From the NCBI GenBank assembly GCA_943704415.1, contig CALSCO010001666.1, forward strand, positions 1-64,000: a stretch of DNA of 64,000 nucleotides, read 5' to 3'. Shown here in pieces: positions 1 to 15,698 of the stretch. The notes beneath the pieces are model-generated. The model worked only from the letters and a program-made list of their open reading frames with translations, searched no databases and had not been told where the DNA came from. Each line of letters opens with the position of its first letter. The first letter of the stretch is position 1. The translations under genes and the position numbers were made by a program. The DNA comes from Parvularia atlantis. Taxonomy: Eukaryota.

Positions 1-215
1 GTCGTCATCAAGGACATCGCGTCTGGTTTGAACTGGAACAGGCCTGGCTTATCTCAAGAACCACGAGCACTGCTCGTGATGCGGCGGGAAACCCCTGAGG
101 CTGCCTCGGGCCCGGAGAAAGGTGCCACCAGGGACGACTCGGCTCCACAGTGACACAAGGAGTTCAGTTTAGGTTCAAAAAGGCACCGTTTTGTAAGAGG
201 CGTGTGATTGACAAG

Positions 216-422
216 ATGAGCAGCATGCACCTGACGACAGTGCCCGAGTTTGTCGGCGAGAAACCGGTGGACCAGTGGTCGCCTGACGAGGTCCACGCGT
301 GGCTTATGGCAGCGGGGTTTGCAGAGCCGGCGAGGACGCTCAAGGACATGGGGATCAAGGGCGAGCACCTTTCGAAACTTACCTTCATTCAATATCTTGG
401 AGCAGTTTCCAAGTCTGTGCAG
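216..422 (+). other. SAM-domain-like coding fragment in a lower-GC segment; apparently truncated
   Basis: ATG at 216 gives MSSMHLTTVPEFVGEKPVDQWSPDEVHAWLMAAGFAEPARTLKDMGIKGEHLSKLT, matching the SAM pattern W(S)xxDVxxWL...I.G..L..LT. A possible donor CAG|GTATTG follows at 423, with no room for more exons before the convergent LSS stop at 456. Confidence 0.45.
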
Positions 423-455
423 GTATTGCTCCCTCTTTCTCCCGCCCGCGCCTGG

Positions 456-4537
<4,082 letters not shown>

Positions 4538-4613
4538 GGGCTGGTGGTGGGCCGCCGTGAGCGTGAGGAGGTCAGGCGGCCAGGCGGCCACTCGGCAGTG
4601 CATGACAGTCAAA

Positions 4614-7600
4614 ATGGATCAGCAGCAGCAGCCTCAGCAGCCACCACCAGCGCCGCCGCCGCCGCCGCCGCCGCCGCTCGCGCTGCTCCTGGCCGAGACG
4701 GCCGACGCGGCCGGCGCGCTGGCGATGGTCAAGGGCGGGCGCCTGCGCCTGACGTGCGTCGCGGCGTCGGCGCGCTTCGTCGCACTCGGCGCCAACACGG
4801 GCTCGGTCTACCTGCTCGACAACGCGCCCGGCGCACTGCGCCACCGGCACATCGTCGCCGCGGCCGACGGCGGCGGCGAGGTCACGGCACTGCGCTTTGC
4901 GCACAACGACGAGCTGCTGGCCGTGGGCACGAGCCGCGGCGCGGTCATCGTGCTCGAGCTGTCGCTGGACGCGCGCGAGAAGACCAAGGCACGGCGGCGT
5001 CGCGCGTTTGCGTCCCCCTGCTGCCGCCGCCTCTCTCACGCGCGGGCGCACGCAGACGCTGTCGCGCACGGCCGCCGAGCACAAGGACCACGCCATCACC
5101 GCGCTGCACTGGGCCGCCGCCGACGAGCGCCTGTTCTCGGCCGACGACACGGGCGCCGTGTACGCCTCGCAGATCGGCGACAAGGTGCGTTCGCGCGGGC
5201 CGTTTGTGCGCTCGCCGCTCAGCACAGCAGTCACAGCTGCTCTCGTTCTTCCGCAAGCCTGAGCTCGTGTACCGCGCCGAGTCACGCGTGGTCCAGCTGG
5301 ACGTGCTCGACGACAGGGTGCGTCCGTCGCAAGGCCCCACGCGCCGCCTGGGCTCAATCAACCGCGTCGTTATGCAGCTGCTCGTGTCGTCCCTGACCAA
5401 GGTCGTCCTCGTCAACTACGTGCGCCCGGCCGTCGTGCAGGTCGGCAGGAAGACGCGGTGCGTGCGCGCGTGTGCTCCGCCGCTGCGTGGCTGACGCCGT
5501 CGCTCCCATCGCCAGGCAGGGCAAGTTTGGCGCGTGCTTCGTCGCCGGCCGCGAGCTCATCTCATCGCGGCCGGGCCTGCGTCTCTGGACCGCGGACCTG
5601 CAGGGCAACGTGCTCGCGACGCTCAACTTCCAGTCGTCGCTCGCCACCCGCCCGGCCGGCCAGCTGCTCTCGGTGCTGCCCGAACCGGCCGCCGCGCCGG
5701 TGCGAACGTCGCCGCCCGCCGCCCGCCACACGGGCACGGGGCGAGTCTGATGATTATCTTCCGCGCGCATCCAGGCGGCGCCAGAGGCACCTGGACCGGA
5801 GCCGGCCGCCGCGGACGCGGGCAGCAAGGACGAGGCCAGCGGGACCAACTTTGCGATCCTCCAGCGCGTGCACCCGCGCCTCGTCCTGTCGCACAACGAC
5901 CAGACCGTCTTCTTGGTCGACGTCGCGAGCGTTGACCTGCACGGCTGGTGCGCCACCGCTCGCAGGAGCGCGACCGGCAGCCGACACGCCCGCGCTGCAC
6001 AGGTACGAGCACGTGCGCGACATCCGCAGCGTGGCCACGTACACCAACCAGATTTTTGTGCTGTGCGAGGGCGCACGCCGGCTGCTGTGCCTGAGCGTGC
6101 GTGACGCCTGCATTGTTCGCACACGTGCCGATTGCACTCACTGCTTGACGCCAGCTGCAACCGCCCGCGCGTCTGCTGGAGATGATGGTCGACAACGGCG
6201 TATGGGCGCGCGCGGCCGCATTTGCTGTGGCGCACGTCGCCGACGTTGCGAGCAGCTACACCGCTGTGCGGGCGCTCCTGGCGCACAGCGATGCGCTTGC
6301 CCTCGGCGACGAGCAGCGACCGCAGTTTGACGCGCTGGTGCAAGAGTCCCGCAAGCACGCGCCACCGCAACCGCCGTTGCCGGCCCCGGTCGCCAAGCCT
6401 GCGCCACCGCCGATGGAGATCGCGGAGGACGACGCCACGCCCGCCACCGTCGACACGTCGCGCTCGACGACCCCGTTCGAGCCGCAGCAGGCCGCGTCCG
6501 ACAACTCGAGCGCGCACGAGGTCACGCGCGCTGCCGCGTCCTCGCTTCGCCCTCCTCACGCCTTGCACGCCCACCCAGGTACCCATGGATGTGCCCGCGT
6601 CCGCACAAGACGACGAGCAGCCACAGCAGGCGGACGACCAGGCCGCGGTGCGTGGCGGTGGCGGTGGCAGCCGCGACCGTCGGGACGGCTGAGCCGCGAC
6701 CGCGCATCGGCAGGACGACGTGCCGGCTGCTGTGATGGCTACCGTGGCGCTGGATGAGTCGCAGTCGGGTGAGGGCGGCTCAGCAGCGGGCGCCGTGGGG
6801 CAGAAGAGGAGGAAGAAGAAGACCGCACCGCGCCGCCTCGTTGGTGCGCACTGCCGACGTCCGCTCGCATGCGCTCACACACTGCACCGCCGCCTGCCAG
6901 ACATCGAGACGGGCGTGCTGGTGCGCACAGGGTCTGTGACGAGCACATCGTCGGTCAGCCCGTCGTCGGCCACGAGCAGCGCTGCCGCGACGCCGTCGTC
7001 GCAGCGCGCACGCGAGCCCGCCGCCACGACGACCGCCGTCTCGTCTGCGCCGCGCACCATCGCCAAGCGCGTCATGCGCTCGGTCTCCACCGACAGCCTC
7101 AGCGCGCCCGGCAGCGGCACGCTCTCGACGAGCCCAGGGGCGGCAGACGCCCCGCCGGCTGAGCAGGACCCGCCGCCGCCGCCTCAGCCAGCGGCCAAGG
7201 CAAGCAAGCCGCCGGTCGCACCCACGGCGCTCGGCGCCAAGATGCAGGGCGCCGGCCTCGCGTTCCTGGACGACCTCAAAAAGTCCACGCTCGACAACTT
7301 TTCAAAGCTGCTGCCCGCGCAGAGCGCGACCGGGCCCTCGCCCTTGCCCACACCGTCGCCCGCGCCCACGCCTACGCCCGTCCCTGTGCCCCCACCCGGA
7401 CCGGCACCGGCACCGGGACCGGCACCCACACCCACACCGGCCGTTGTCGCGGCTGCGCAGCCTCCTGCTGCTTCGCCGCCCGCAGCAGCGCCGGCCAAGC
7501 CGCCGGCTGTCGACGGTGCGTGTGCCGCTGCGTGCGGCCTCGCGCTCGCCGCTCACGCGCACGGCAGAGGTCGCCGCGCAAGTGCAGCAGCTGGCGATGC

Positions 7601-9968
7601 TGACGGAGCAGGCGCTGAGCCTCGTGATGCTGCAGCAAAACAACGTCAACGGGTTCCACTCGGCCACGAAGCGCGCGCTCGAGCAGTGGCTGGCATTCTT
7701 CTTCGACAACATGTGGCAGGCGCGCAGCAAGGACGTTGTCGCGTCGGAGCTGCAGAAGCGCAAGGCCAACCTCCGGCTGCTCCTGACGACGTGCCTCGAG
7801 CTTGGCACGCTGCAGAGCATCCAGGCACGCGCTGCGTCCGCGTACGCAGCGATCGCTTACGTGGGCCGTCGCAGGCGGGCCTGATGGCCGACACGGCCGG
7901 GGACGCCGTGGGGATAGCTGGCACGACGGTCAACGAGGACGACGCCGTTGCAGCCAAGTATGTCACGACCTTTTTCGAGTTCCTTGACGCGAACCGGGTG
8001 GCGGACCACTGCAACCGCGCGGAGCTGCGCCAGGCGCTGCGGGCGCTGTGGGCGTGCGAGGACGCGCGCACCGCACGCTCGGACGAGCCGCGGCTGAATG
8101 TGCAAAAGTGCGCCGGTACTGCCTGTCTGTTGCGCCGAGCTGATGTTGCGTTCGCGCAGGCACCTGGCCAACGGCGACAGCAACCGCGTCTTTATGATCC
8201 TCGGCAACAACCCGCGCAACCACGTGTCGCTCATCCTGCGCGCACTGCCGCGCCTGTTTGCGCTCGACCGGACGGCTGCGATCGAGCTCGTTGTCGGCCT
8301 GCACGCGACTGTGAAGGTGCTGCGCGCGTGTGCGCCTCTGCTGCTCCCGCTGGCTGATACGTACTGTGCAGCCGCGACACGTCAAGGAGGCGCTGCAGAT
8401 CAGCGAGCAGCCGCTGCCCGTCGCCGCGCCGCTGCAGCAGCCCTGGCTCGTGTACACCGAGTACCTCAACCGGCTGCTGCAGACGGGCGCACCCTTCGCG
8501 CGCCGGGACGAGACGCTGGTGCGGCCGTTGCGGGCAGATCGGCCGCGCACAGCGTGTGACGCGCGGAGCGCAGACGATCGAGTGCTTCGAGCTGAACGTG
8601 CTCGCGGCGGCGGGGCTGGCCGGCACGACGGGTTGGGCAAACGCGTCGTGGTGCGCCGAAGACGAACGTTGCGCCCCGCGAGGCTGACAACCTGGTGCAT
8701 CACAGGCTGCTGGACCTGGTCGGCTACGCTGCGCACACGCTTGGTCAGTCGGTGCTGTTGCGGCTGCTGGCCGTTGCGCAGCAGCACCGCTTTGTGCAGG
8801 GCGCGTTCGAGCTGCAGCTGCGGCTGGGCCGGCGCCGCGAGTGTGTCGAGGCCGCGCTCGAGCTCGACGACGCGGCGCTGCTCGCCGTCGCGCTGCGCGA
8901 GTGCCGCGAGGAGCCCGTGTGGTCGTTCCTCGTGCAGGCCGTGTGCGACCGCGGGCAGCGCCGCATCGACCGGCCGTTTGGTACGCACCAGGTGCACGCA
9001 ACGGGCTCAGAGCTGACGAATGTGCGGCAGTGCTGCGCCAGCTGACGACGTGGCTCGGCCCCGAAGTCGCCATGAGCGTGCTGCAGCGGCACCCCGCGTT
9101 CTGCAACCAGCTTGAGCCGCGCCTGTACGAGGTGCGCAGCGTCGTGCGTAACCGCGTGGCGTGTTCACACTGTCGCAGACGTTCCTGCGCGCGGCCGCGC
9201 ACGAGCACGCACGCGGCCAGACCGTGCACCGAATGCTCGAGACGATCGACGGCTACCTGTGGCTGCGCCGGCCGCAGACGATGTCGGCGCCCTTGCGGCA
9301 GCTGCGCGACTCGGAGCTGACCGAGTGCGCCGCGCGCCCTTTGCTGATTCGAGCGTGCGCAACTAACACGGCGCGGCAGCCCCGGCGTGCGACCGCTGTA
9401 CTTTGCGACGGGCGCGGGCCAGCAGGCCGAGCTGGCGTTCGAGTACTCGCTCATGCGCTGGCCGACGTACTACGAGGAGAGCTCGGAGCACTGGGGCGCG
9501 TGGCTGCGGTGCGCGCGCCGCCTGCGCGGTTGCACCAATGGCTGGCCCGCTGACGCAGCCGCGACGGCAGCATCGGCGGCGCTCAGACCGTCTGCCCCGC
9601 GTGCACGCTGCCGCTGACCGACTCGACGAGCGCGGTACGCTGGCGTCGCGTAAGAGAGGACCGGCCTGCTGAGCGCGGCGGATGCGCAGGTCACCGTCTT
9701 CCCGTGCTCGCACGCCTTCCACAGCGTGTGCGTGCCCGAGGATGCGTGCCCGGCGTGCCTGCACCAGCGCGTGGGCCTGCTGCGCGACTTTGCCGCCGCC
9801 AACGCCGCGCCCGCGGTGCGCCACCCCGTGCGGTTGTCGCCGATCGCACTCACAGCTGCGACGCGCGCGCAGGCCACACCCGCGGCCCTCAGCGCCGCGT
9901 CGGCGACCCTGCAGGCGGCCCACGTCCACGCGCAGGCGCAGGCGCAGGCGCACGTGCAGGCGGTGTAA
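4614..9968 (+). CDS. HPS5/TECPR2-family protein: N-terminal WD40 propeller, low-complexity linker, helical region, C-terminal RING-like finger
   Basis: LTCVAASARFVALGANTGSVYL; QVGRKTRQGKFGACF...SSRPGLRLWTADLQGNVLATLNF; C-terminal CPVCTLPL...VFPCSHAFHSVC....CPAC. Internal exon boundaries are only partly resolved. Confidence 0.72.
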
Positions 9969-10000
9969 TCTTTACTGTAGTTGGGCGGGCGGGAAGGAAC

Positions 10001-13000
10001 TCACTGCTCCGTGGCGATGTTGTTGTTGACGTAGGTGAAGTCCAGGAACGGGTTCTCGCTGTTGGCCGTGGCGAGCTGCAGCGCGGCCGCGGTCGGCGTG
10101 AGTACGGCAGGCGCCTCGGTGAACGTCGGGTCAAAGCAGAGCGCCTCCTGTGCGCCGCGGGTGAGCGCGCACGGCAGAGCAGCGCGGCGAGGCGTGCCGC
10201 ACCGCGTTCTTGTCGGGCGGCGGGACGTATGGCGGCTTGAGCTCCATCCGCTCCAGCCGCGCAAAGTTGATGCTGGCGAAGAACGGGTGGGCGGCGATGG
10301 CCACGCCGTCCTCGCTCGGCAGCTCCGAGCACCCGAGCCGCTGCTGCGGGTTGCGCACGAGCAGCTGTTGCTCCGGAGGGCGGTCAGTGACAAAGCGCGG
10401 CCGCGTGCGTCGCGTGTGTGCACACCGACTCGATCAGCGTGCGCGCCTGCAGGCTCAGCTCGGCCGGGTACTCGACGCGCTTGACGAGGATGTTCTGGTG
10501 GAACGCGTGAGCCGCGCTGGCGATGCGTGCACAGACATGGGCGCACCCGGTACAGCGTCTCCTTGTCCTCCGAGTAGAACGGGTGCTCGCCGCAGAGCAT
10601 CTCGTACAGGACGATGCCATAGGTCCACCAGTCGACGCTGAAGGTGTACTGCGTGCGCATGAGGATCTCGGGCGGCAGGTACTCGGACGTGCCGACGATG
10701 CTGCGCGCAGCGGTGAGCACGGATGGCGACGACGGGCTGTGCCGGCGCACACCTGTTTGTGCGCAACCCGTTGCCCAGGTCGACCTTGCACATGCCAAAG
10801 TCGGTGATCTTGATGTGCCCGTCCGGCGCCATCATCACGTTCTCGAGCTTGAGGTCGCGGTAGATGATGCCCTTCTGGTGCAGGTACCTGGCCACGGCGC
10901 TTGAGCAGAGGGCAACCCAATGGCGCGCGCACGAGCGCACACACCGCAGCGCCAGCAGGATCTCTGCGCCGTAGAATTGCACGCGGCTCTCGGAGAACTT
11001 GCCCTCCTCGCAGATGTGGTAGAAGAGCTCGCCGCCCGAGAGGTAATCCTGCCGCGCGGGTCAGCGGCGGAGCCCAGCGGTGTCGCATTGGACGCGCACC
11101 ATGACAAAGTAGAGCCGATCGGGCGACTGGAAGGCGTAGTGCAGGCGGACGATGAACGGGTGCGAGAGCTCGCGCAGGAGCTTGTTCTCAACCCTGGCGC
11201 CGGTGAGGTGCCGCGGGCCGATCAGGTCCTTCTTCTTGATAACTTTCATCGCAAAGACCTGCTGCGTCTCCTTCTCAGCGCAGAGGATGACCTGCCGCCC
11301 GCCGTGCGCGTCAGGAAGGCAGACCGCATTTGCCGCACGTAGACCTTGCCACTCGTGCCCTTGCCGAGCACCTTGAGGAACTCAAAGTCGTCGAGCGTGC
11401 GCGGGCGCAGTTTCGAGTTGCTCGCCAGCCCGAGCAGGTCTTCGCTCACATTATGCACGTCCTCGCCGCCAAAGATCACGTGCGACGAGATCTTGAGGGC
11501 TGGTCGCACACACACCTGCTTCAGCGCACGGAACGCATGCCGCAGGCTCGCACCGTTCACCCAGCGCTCGCGGTCGTCGGCGGAATGCGCGGCAAGGTAC
11601 ATCGAGTCGCTGACGGACCTTCTCCGAGCGCCGTGAGCAACGCGAAGAACAAAAGTGCACGCACGCACTTGGACTCGACCAGGAAGCTATGCTGCCGCCC
11701 GAGGCTGCCCTCGATCGACACACGCACGCCTGCGCACGGTTGGTGAGATGCTGCGCTTTCTCAGGCGACCGATCGAGCGCGCACTGCGTAGCAGCAGCCG
11801 CTTGAAGACGCTCGGCATCTCCGGCACGCCATTCAGCGGCGCCGCGGCGTGGGCGAGCGCGTCTTGCACAGCTGCTCGGGCGAGTGAGGCACAGCCGGGC
11901 GCGCGACCCAGTCACGCACCGGCACCCGGCGGCTTGTCGTCTTTGAGCAGAAACAGACCGAGGGCGCTCTTGTGCAGCACGGCCCACATGCGTCGCCACG
12001 CGTCGTCGCCGTCACGCAGCAGCAACAGGCCTGTGTGTGCATGTGCGCGCTGGTGTGAGCACAAGTGCGCCGACGGTGCGCGTGGGCGTGGCGTGCCTTG
12101 CATGAAGATGTGGCCGTCCTGCGTCTCGGCGAAGAGCGCACCTGTATCGGCGCGGTCGACGCCGTCCATCTGCCCGCGCGAGCCCCGGTCAGCATTCCGC
12201 TCGCGAGGCTACGGCGCTCGGCCGCACCTGTGCCGTGAACTGGTACAGGAAGTGCCGGTCCTCGAAGCCGTGCTGCTTGAGCACGTGTTGGATCACGCCC
12301 AGGCGCATCAGCTCCTGTCCGACGGCGACGGCCTCGGACCGCGAGAGCCGCGCGCTCTCGACCGCGTGGTCGACGAGCCAGTCGACGGCGCTGCGCCCGG
12401 TGAAGCTCTTGGGGAACGCGCGGAAGCGGTACCGGTTCGTCGACACCGCCAGGCCCGCCCGGCACCGGCGCACGACCTCGTCCATCTGCGCGCGAGCGTG
12501 TGCGTCAAGCCGATCGTCGCGTCCTGACGCCGGCCTGCAGCGCGCACCACGACGTCGGCGCGCAGCACGGGTGCATTGTTCTGCACCACGGCTGCGCCGT
12601 CCGACGGCGTGCGCTTGTGGCCGCGCACCCACTGCGACAATAAGCCTCAGTCGGCCATCCGCGCCCGCCAGCACGCGCCGGCACGGACCGAGATTGACGC
12701 GGCCACGGCGCTGCCCGCTGAGGGCGTGCGCTTGTGCGCATGCTCGGGGGTGGCGGAGCTGGCGTCGAGCGGGCGTCCCTGGTGGTGCGAGACTGCGTTC
12801 AGTGACAGATTGACCCGTTTGACCAGGAGCACAAAGACGTGCCTGCGAGACCGACGCCGACGACGAGGCCGAGTGCGTCAGTGGCGTATCGGTGCCGTCG
12901 GACGCGGACGAGACGGTCGAGACGGAGACGGTCGAGGGCGAGGGCAGATGGCCTTGGAGGAAGCCGAGGAAGCGCCCGAACGAGTTTTTGCGCTCGCGGG

Positions 13001-14332
13001 CGCGCTCCGGCGTGCGATCGGGCACGGTGAGCTCAGCGGTGAAGTCCTCCTGTGCGCACAGCGGGTGTGAGCTGCCGCCGCCGTGATCGGCCCATCAGTA
13101 CAGACCGGCGGACGTGCCAACGGCGGCGGTGGCACAACGATGTACGAGCGCGACGAGGCCGTGCGCTGGTGCGGGTGGCCGGGGAACTCTTCCAGCGCCG
13201 CGCCCTCACCCGACGGGCGTGCGAGCGGCTCGGGCGATCGGACCATCTGGCGCAGCTGCTGCCCCTCGCCCGACGGGCGCGCAGGCGGGTCGGGCGACTT
13301 GAGCATCTGGCGCAGCTGCTGCACCTCGCCCTCGGACTTGTCGACACCGAAAAAGTTGGCCTGCGGTGCACGTGTCGGCAACGCGCGGAAGGCACGCAGC
13401 GCACGCGCACCAGCTTCATTGCGCGGTGCCGCTCGACGTTGCCGGTGTCGAGCAGGTTGGCCGATTTGCTGCGCGGCGCGGTGCGAGCCTGAGCGCGCAC
13501 ACACCGCGCGTCCGCGCCGCTGCGCACGATCGCTTGTGCCGGCGCTCGTCCAGCTCGGCGTCGTCCGCGTCGAAGGCGTCGAGGTAGCTGTCCCAGATGT
13601 CCTGCACGGCGCCGTCAGGACACGCGCGGATCGACCACACGCGCACGCACCGGCGCGGCCGAGGCCCGAGCGGCGGCGGCGGCGACCTCGTGCGGCGTGC
13701 GCACGAGTGCGGTGGGTGCGCCGGACGCGGACAGGGCGCGCACGCGGTCGGGCAGGGTCGCGGGCGGCGGATGGGGCGGTGGGCTGAAGCTGTGGGCGAT
13801 GTTGAGGTTGCTGCCGCTGGGCGAGGCGACCTCTGGCGTGGCGCTGCATCGTCGCAGGGTGGGCGTAGAGAGTCAGCGCGAGCGCATCGTAGGCGCAGGC
13901 ACCCGAGGCCGCACGCGCACATCGTCGACGTCGCGTCGCCACCGTCGCCCATCTTGGCCGAGGCGAGGAGCACTGCGAGGTACATGTGCGTGTGCAGCGC
14001 CGCGGCCTCCTCCAGCTGCGCGCCCGTCACGCCGAAGAACTGCGCCAGCTTCTGTGCGTTGCGCCGGCTGATGGCCTGCCGCCCCCGCCGCCCGCGCGCT
14101 CAGCCGCAGCGCCGTCCGACGCGTTCCCACGGCGGACCTTGGGCGGCGCGCCAGGGTCGCCTTCACCGTCGCTGCAGGCCGACGACCCGGTCGAGTGCAC
14201 CGAGCCGGTCGAGCCTGAGCGCGACAGCCGCGGTCCGTCGCCCGTGCCCGCGCCCACGCCCGCGCTCGGCGGCTGGCTGGGCACGGGCGGCTTGCGCGCA
14301 ATGAGCGCCTGGCGGTCGCCTATTTTCGGCGG
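10001..14332 (-). CDS. AGC Ser/Thr kinase of Akt/SGK type with upstream DEP and PH domains; 5' end unresolved
   Basis: Kinase motifs [49 protein letters not shown] and hydrophobic motif FLDFTY. DEP domain [20 protein letters not shown]...[13 protein letters not shown]...FED..FLYQF (about 12230-12480). PH domain WRRMWAVLH...[17 protein letters not shown]. Confidence 0.85.
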
Positions 14333-14561
14333 CTAAAACGCGGCGTCTGGGCCGCGTCGCAGACGTGAGGCGCGGCGCAGGTGCGAGCGAGCGCGGGCGG
14401 CGCGTGTGTGGCGCGTGCGGTACAAGGGGAGGGGGGTGCAGGGCACAGCGCAGGCGCGCGGAGGCGCGGCGAATGCGGGGTGGTCAAACAGCAAGCAGAT
14501 CGCAGGTGCGTACATCGTCAAGCTAGTTGTTCTGCCGCGACGCAGCCAGCGCGCGGGCAGC

Positions 14562-15654
14562 ATGGACGACGGCGGCGAACCGGCGGCGGCAGCGGCAGCA
14601 GCGGCAGCAGCGGCAGCAGCGGGGACGCCGACGGCGGCGGCGGCGGTGGCGGTCGCCGACGCGGCCGGCAAGGCCGCGCGCAACACGCTCGGGCGGCTGC
14701 ACAAGGCCGCGGTCACGCACAAATTCCTGGCCGTGGGCGCGGCGTACGTGCCGCACACGGGCACCGCCATCACGACCGGCCCGCCCCAGTTCTGGGAGGA
14801 CGAGGGCGTGAAGGCGGCGTGGCTGCGCCTGACGAGCGTCGGCTACGACACGCGCGCGGTCGGCGATGACGGCGGCGGCGGCGGCGGCCCGGGCGACGTG
14901 GACGAGCTGACGACGCCGGGCGTCGTGCCGGCGACGGTCAGCATCGAGGAGTACTGGCTGCAGTCGCAGGTGGCGATCAAGGACCTCAACCACGACGTCA
15001 AGCGTGCCGCCCTCGCGCGCATCCTCTCGGCCATCAGCAGCCGGCTTGGTGAGCGCGCTGCTCAGCCGACGTCGACCTGAGCGCGCGCGCGCCCCCAGGC
15101 TGCAGCCGCACGCAGCACGCGCCCGACTGGTGGCTGTTCCAGCCAAAGTACGAGAAGAACGGCGTCGTCGAGGCCTTTGGCGTCGCCGCGCCCGACATGC
15201 CCAACATGCGCTGGAAGCGGCAGCCGTCGATGTACAAGAGTATCCGCGGGCTCGTCTTTGCGATTCAGGCCGTCGTCGCGGCCGAGAAGATGGGCACGCT
15301 GCCGCTGGAGGTGTGCGTCTGCGCTCTTGCGGTGCGCGCATTGGCTCACGCGGGCGAGGCAGGTCACCGTCACGGCCGTGCCAGACTTGTCAGGCGGCGG
15401 CGGCGGCGGGAACGGCGGCCGGGTGCGTGCCGCGCGCGCGTGTCTGTGCAGTGGCGCCGGGTGCTGACCAGCGGCGCGCGCCAGGTCGGGCGCGCGAAGC
15501 GGCGGGCGTCCGAGGAGAGCGAGTGTGCGTCTGCGCGCCTGCGCACCGCGCGGGCGTGTGCGTGCAACTCACGCGCACCCGCTGCGCAGCCGACGGTGAC
15601 GGCGACGGCGACGAGCGCCTGAGACAACGCGCGCGGATCAGTGTAACAAATTGA
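14562..15654 (+). CDS. Uncharacterised protein with a PxWW-containing helical domain (possible DNA-binding protein)
   Basis: ATG at 14562, typical codon usage and three or four canonical short introns. Joined exons read IKDLNHDVKRAALARILSAISSRLGCSRTQHAPDWWLFQPK...MRWKRQPSMYKSIRGLVFAIQAVV with a basic RAKRR tail. Confidence 0.6.
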
Positions 15655-15698
15655 GATGATGGCAGGCAGGGGAAGGCTACAACAGACTATATGAGGGT

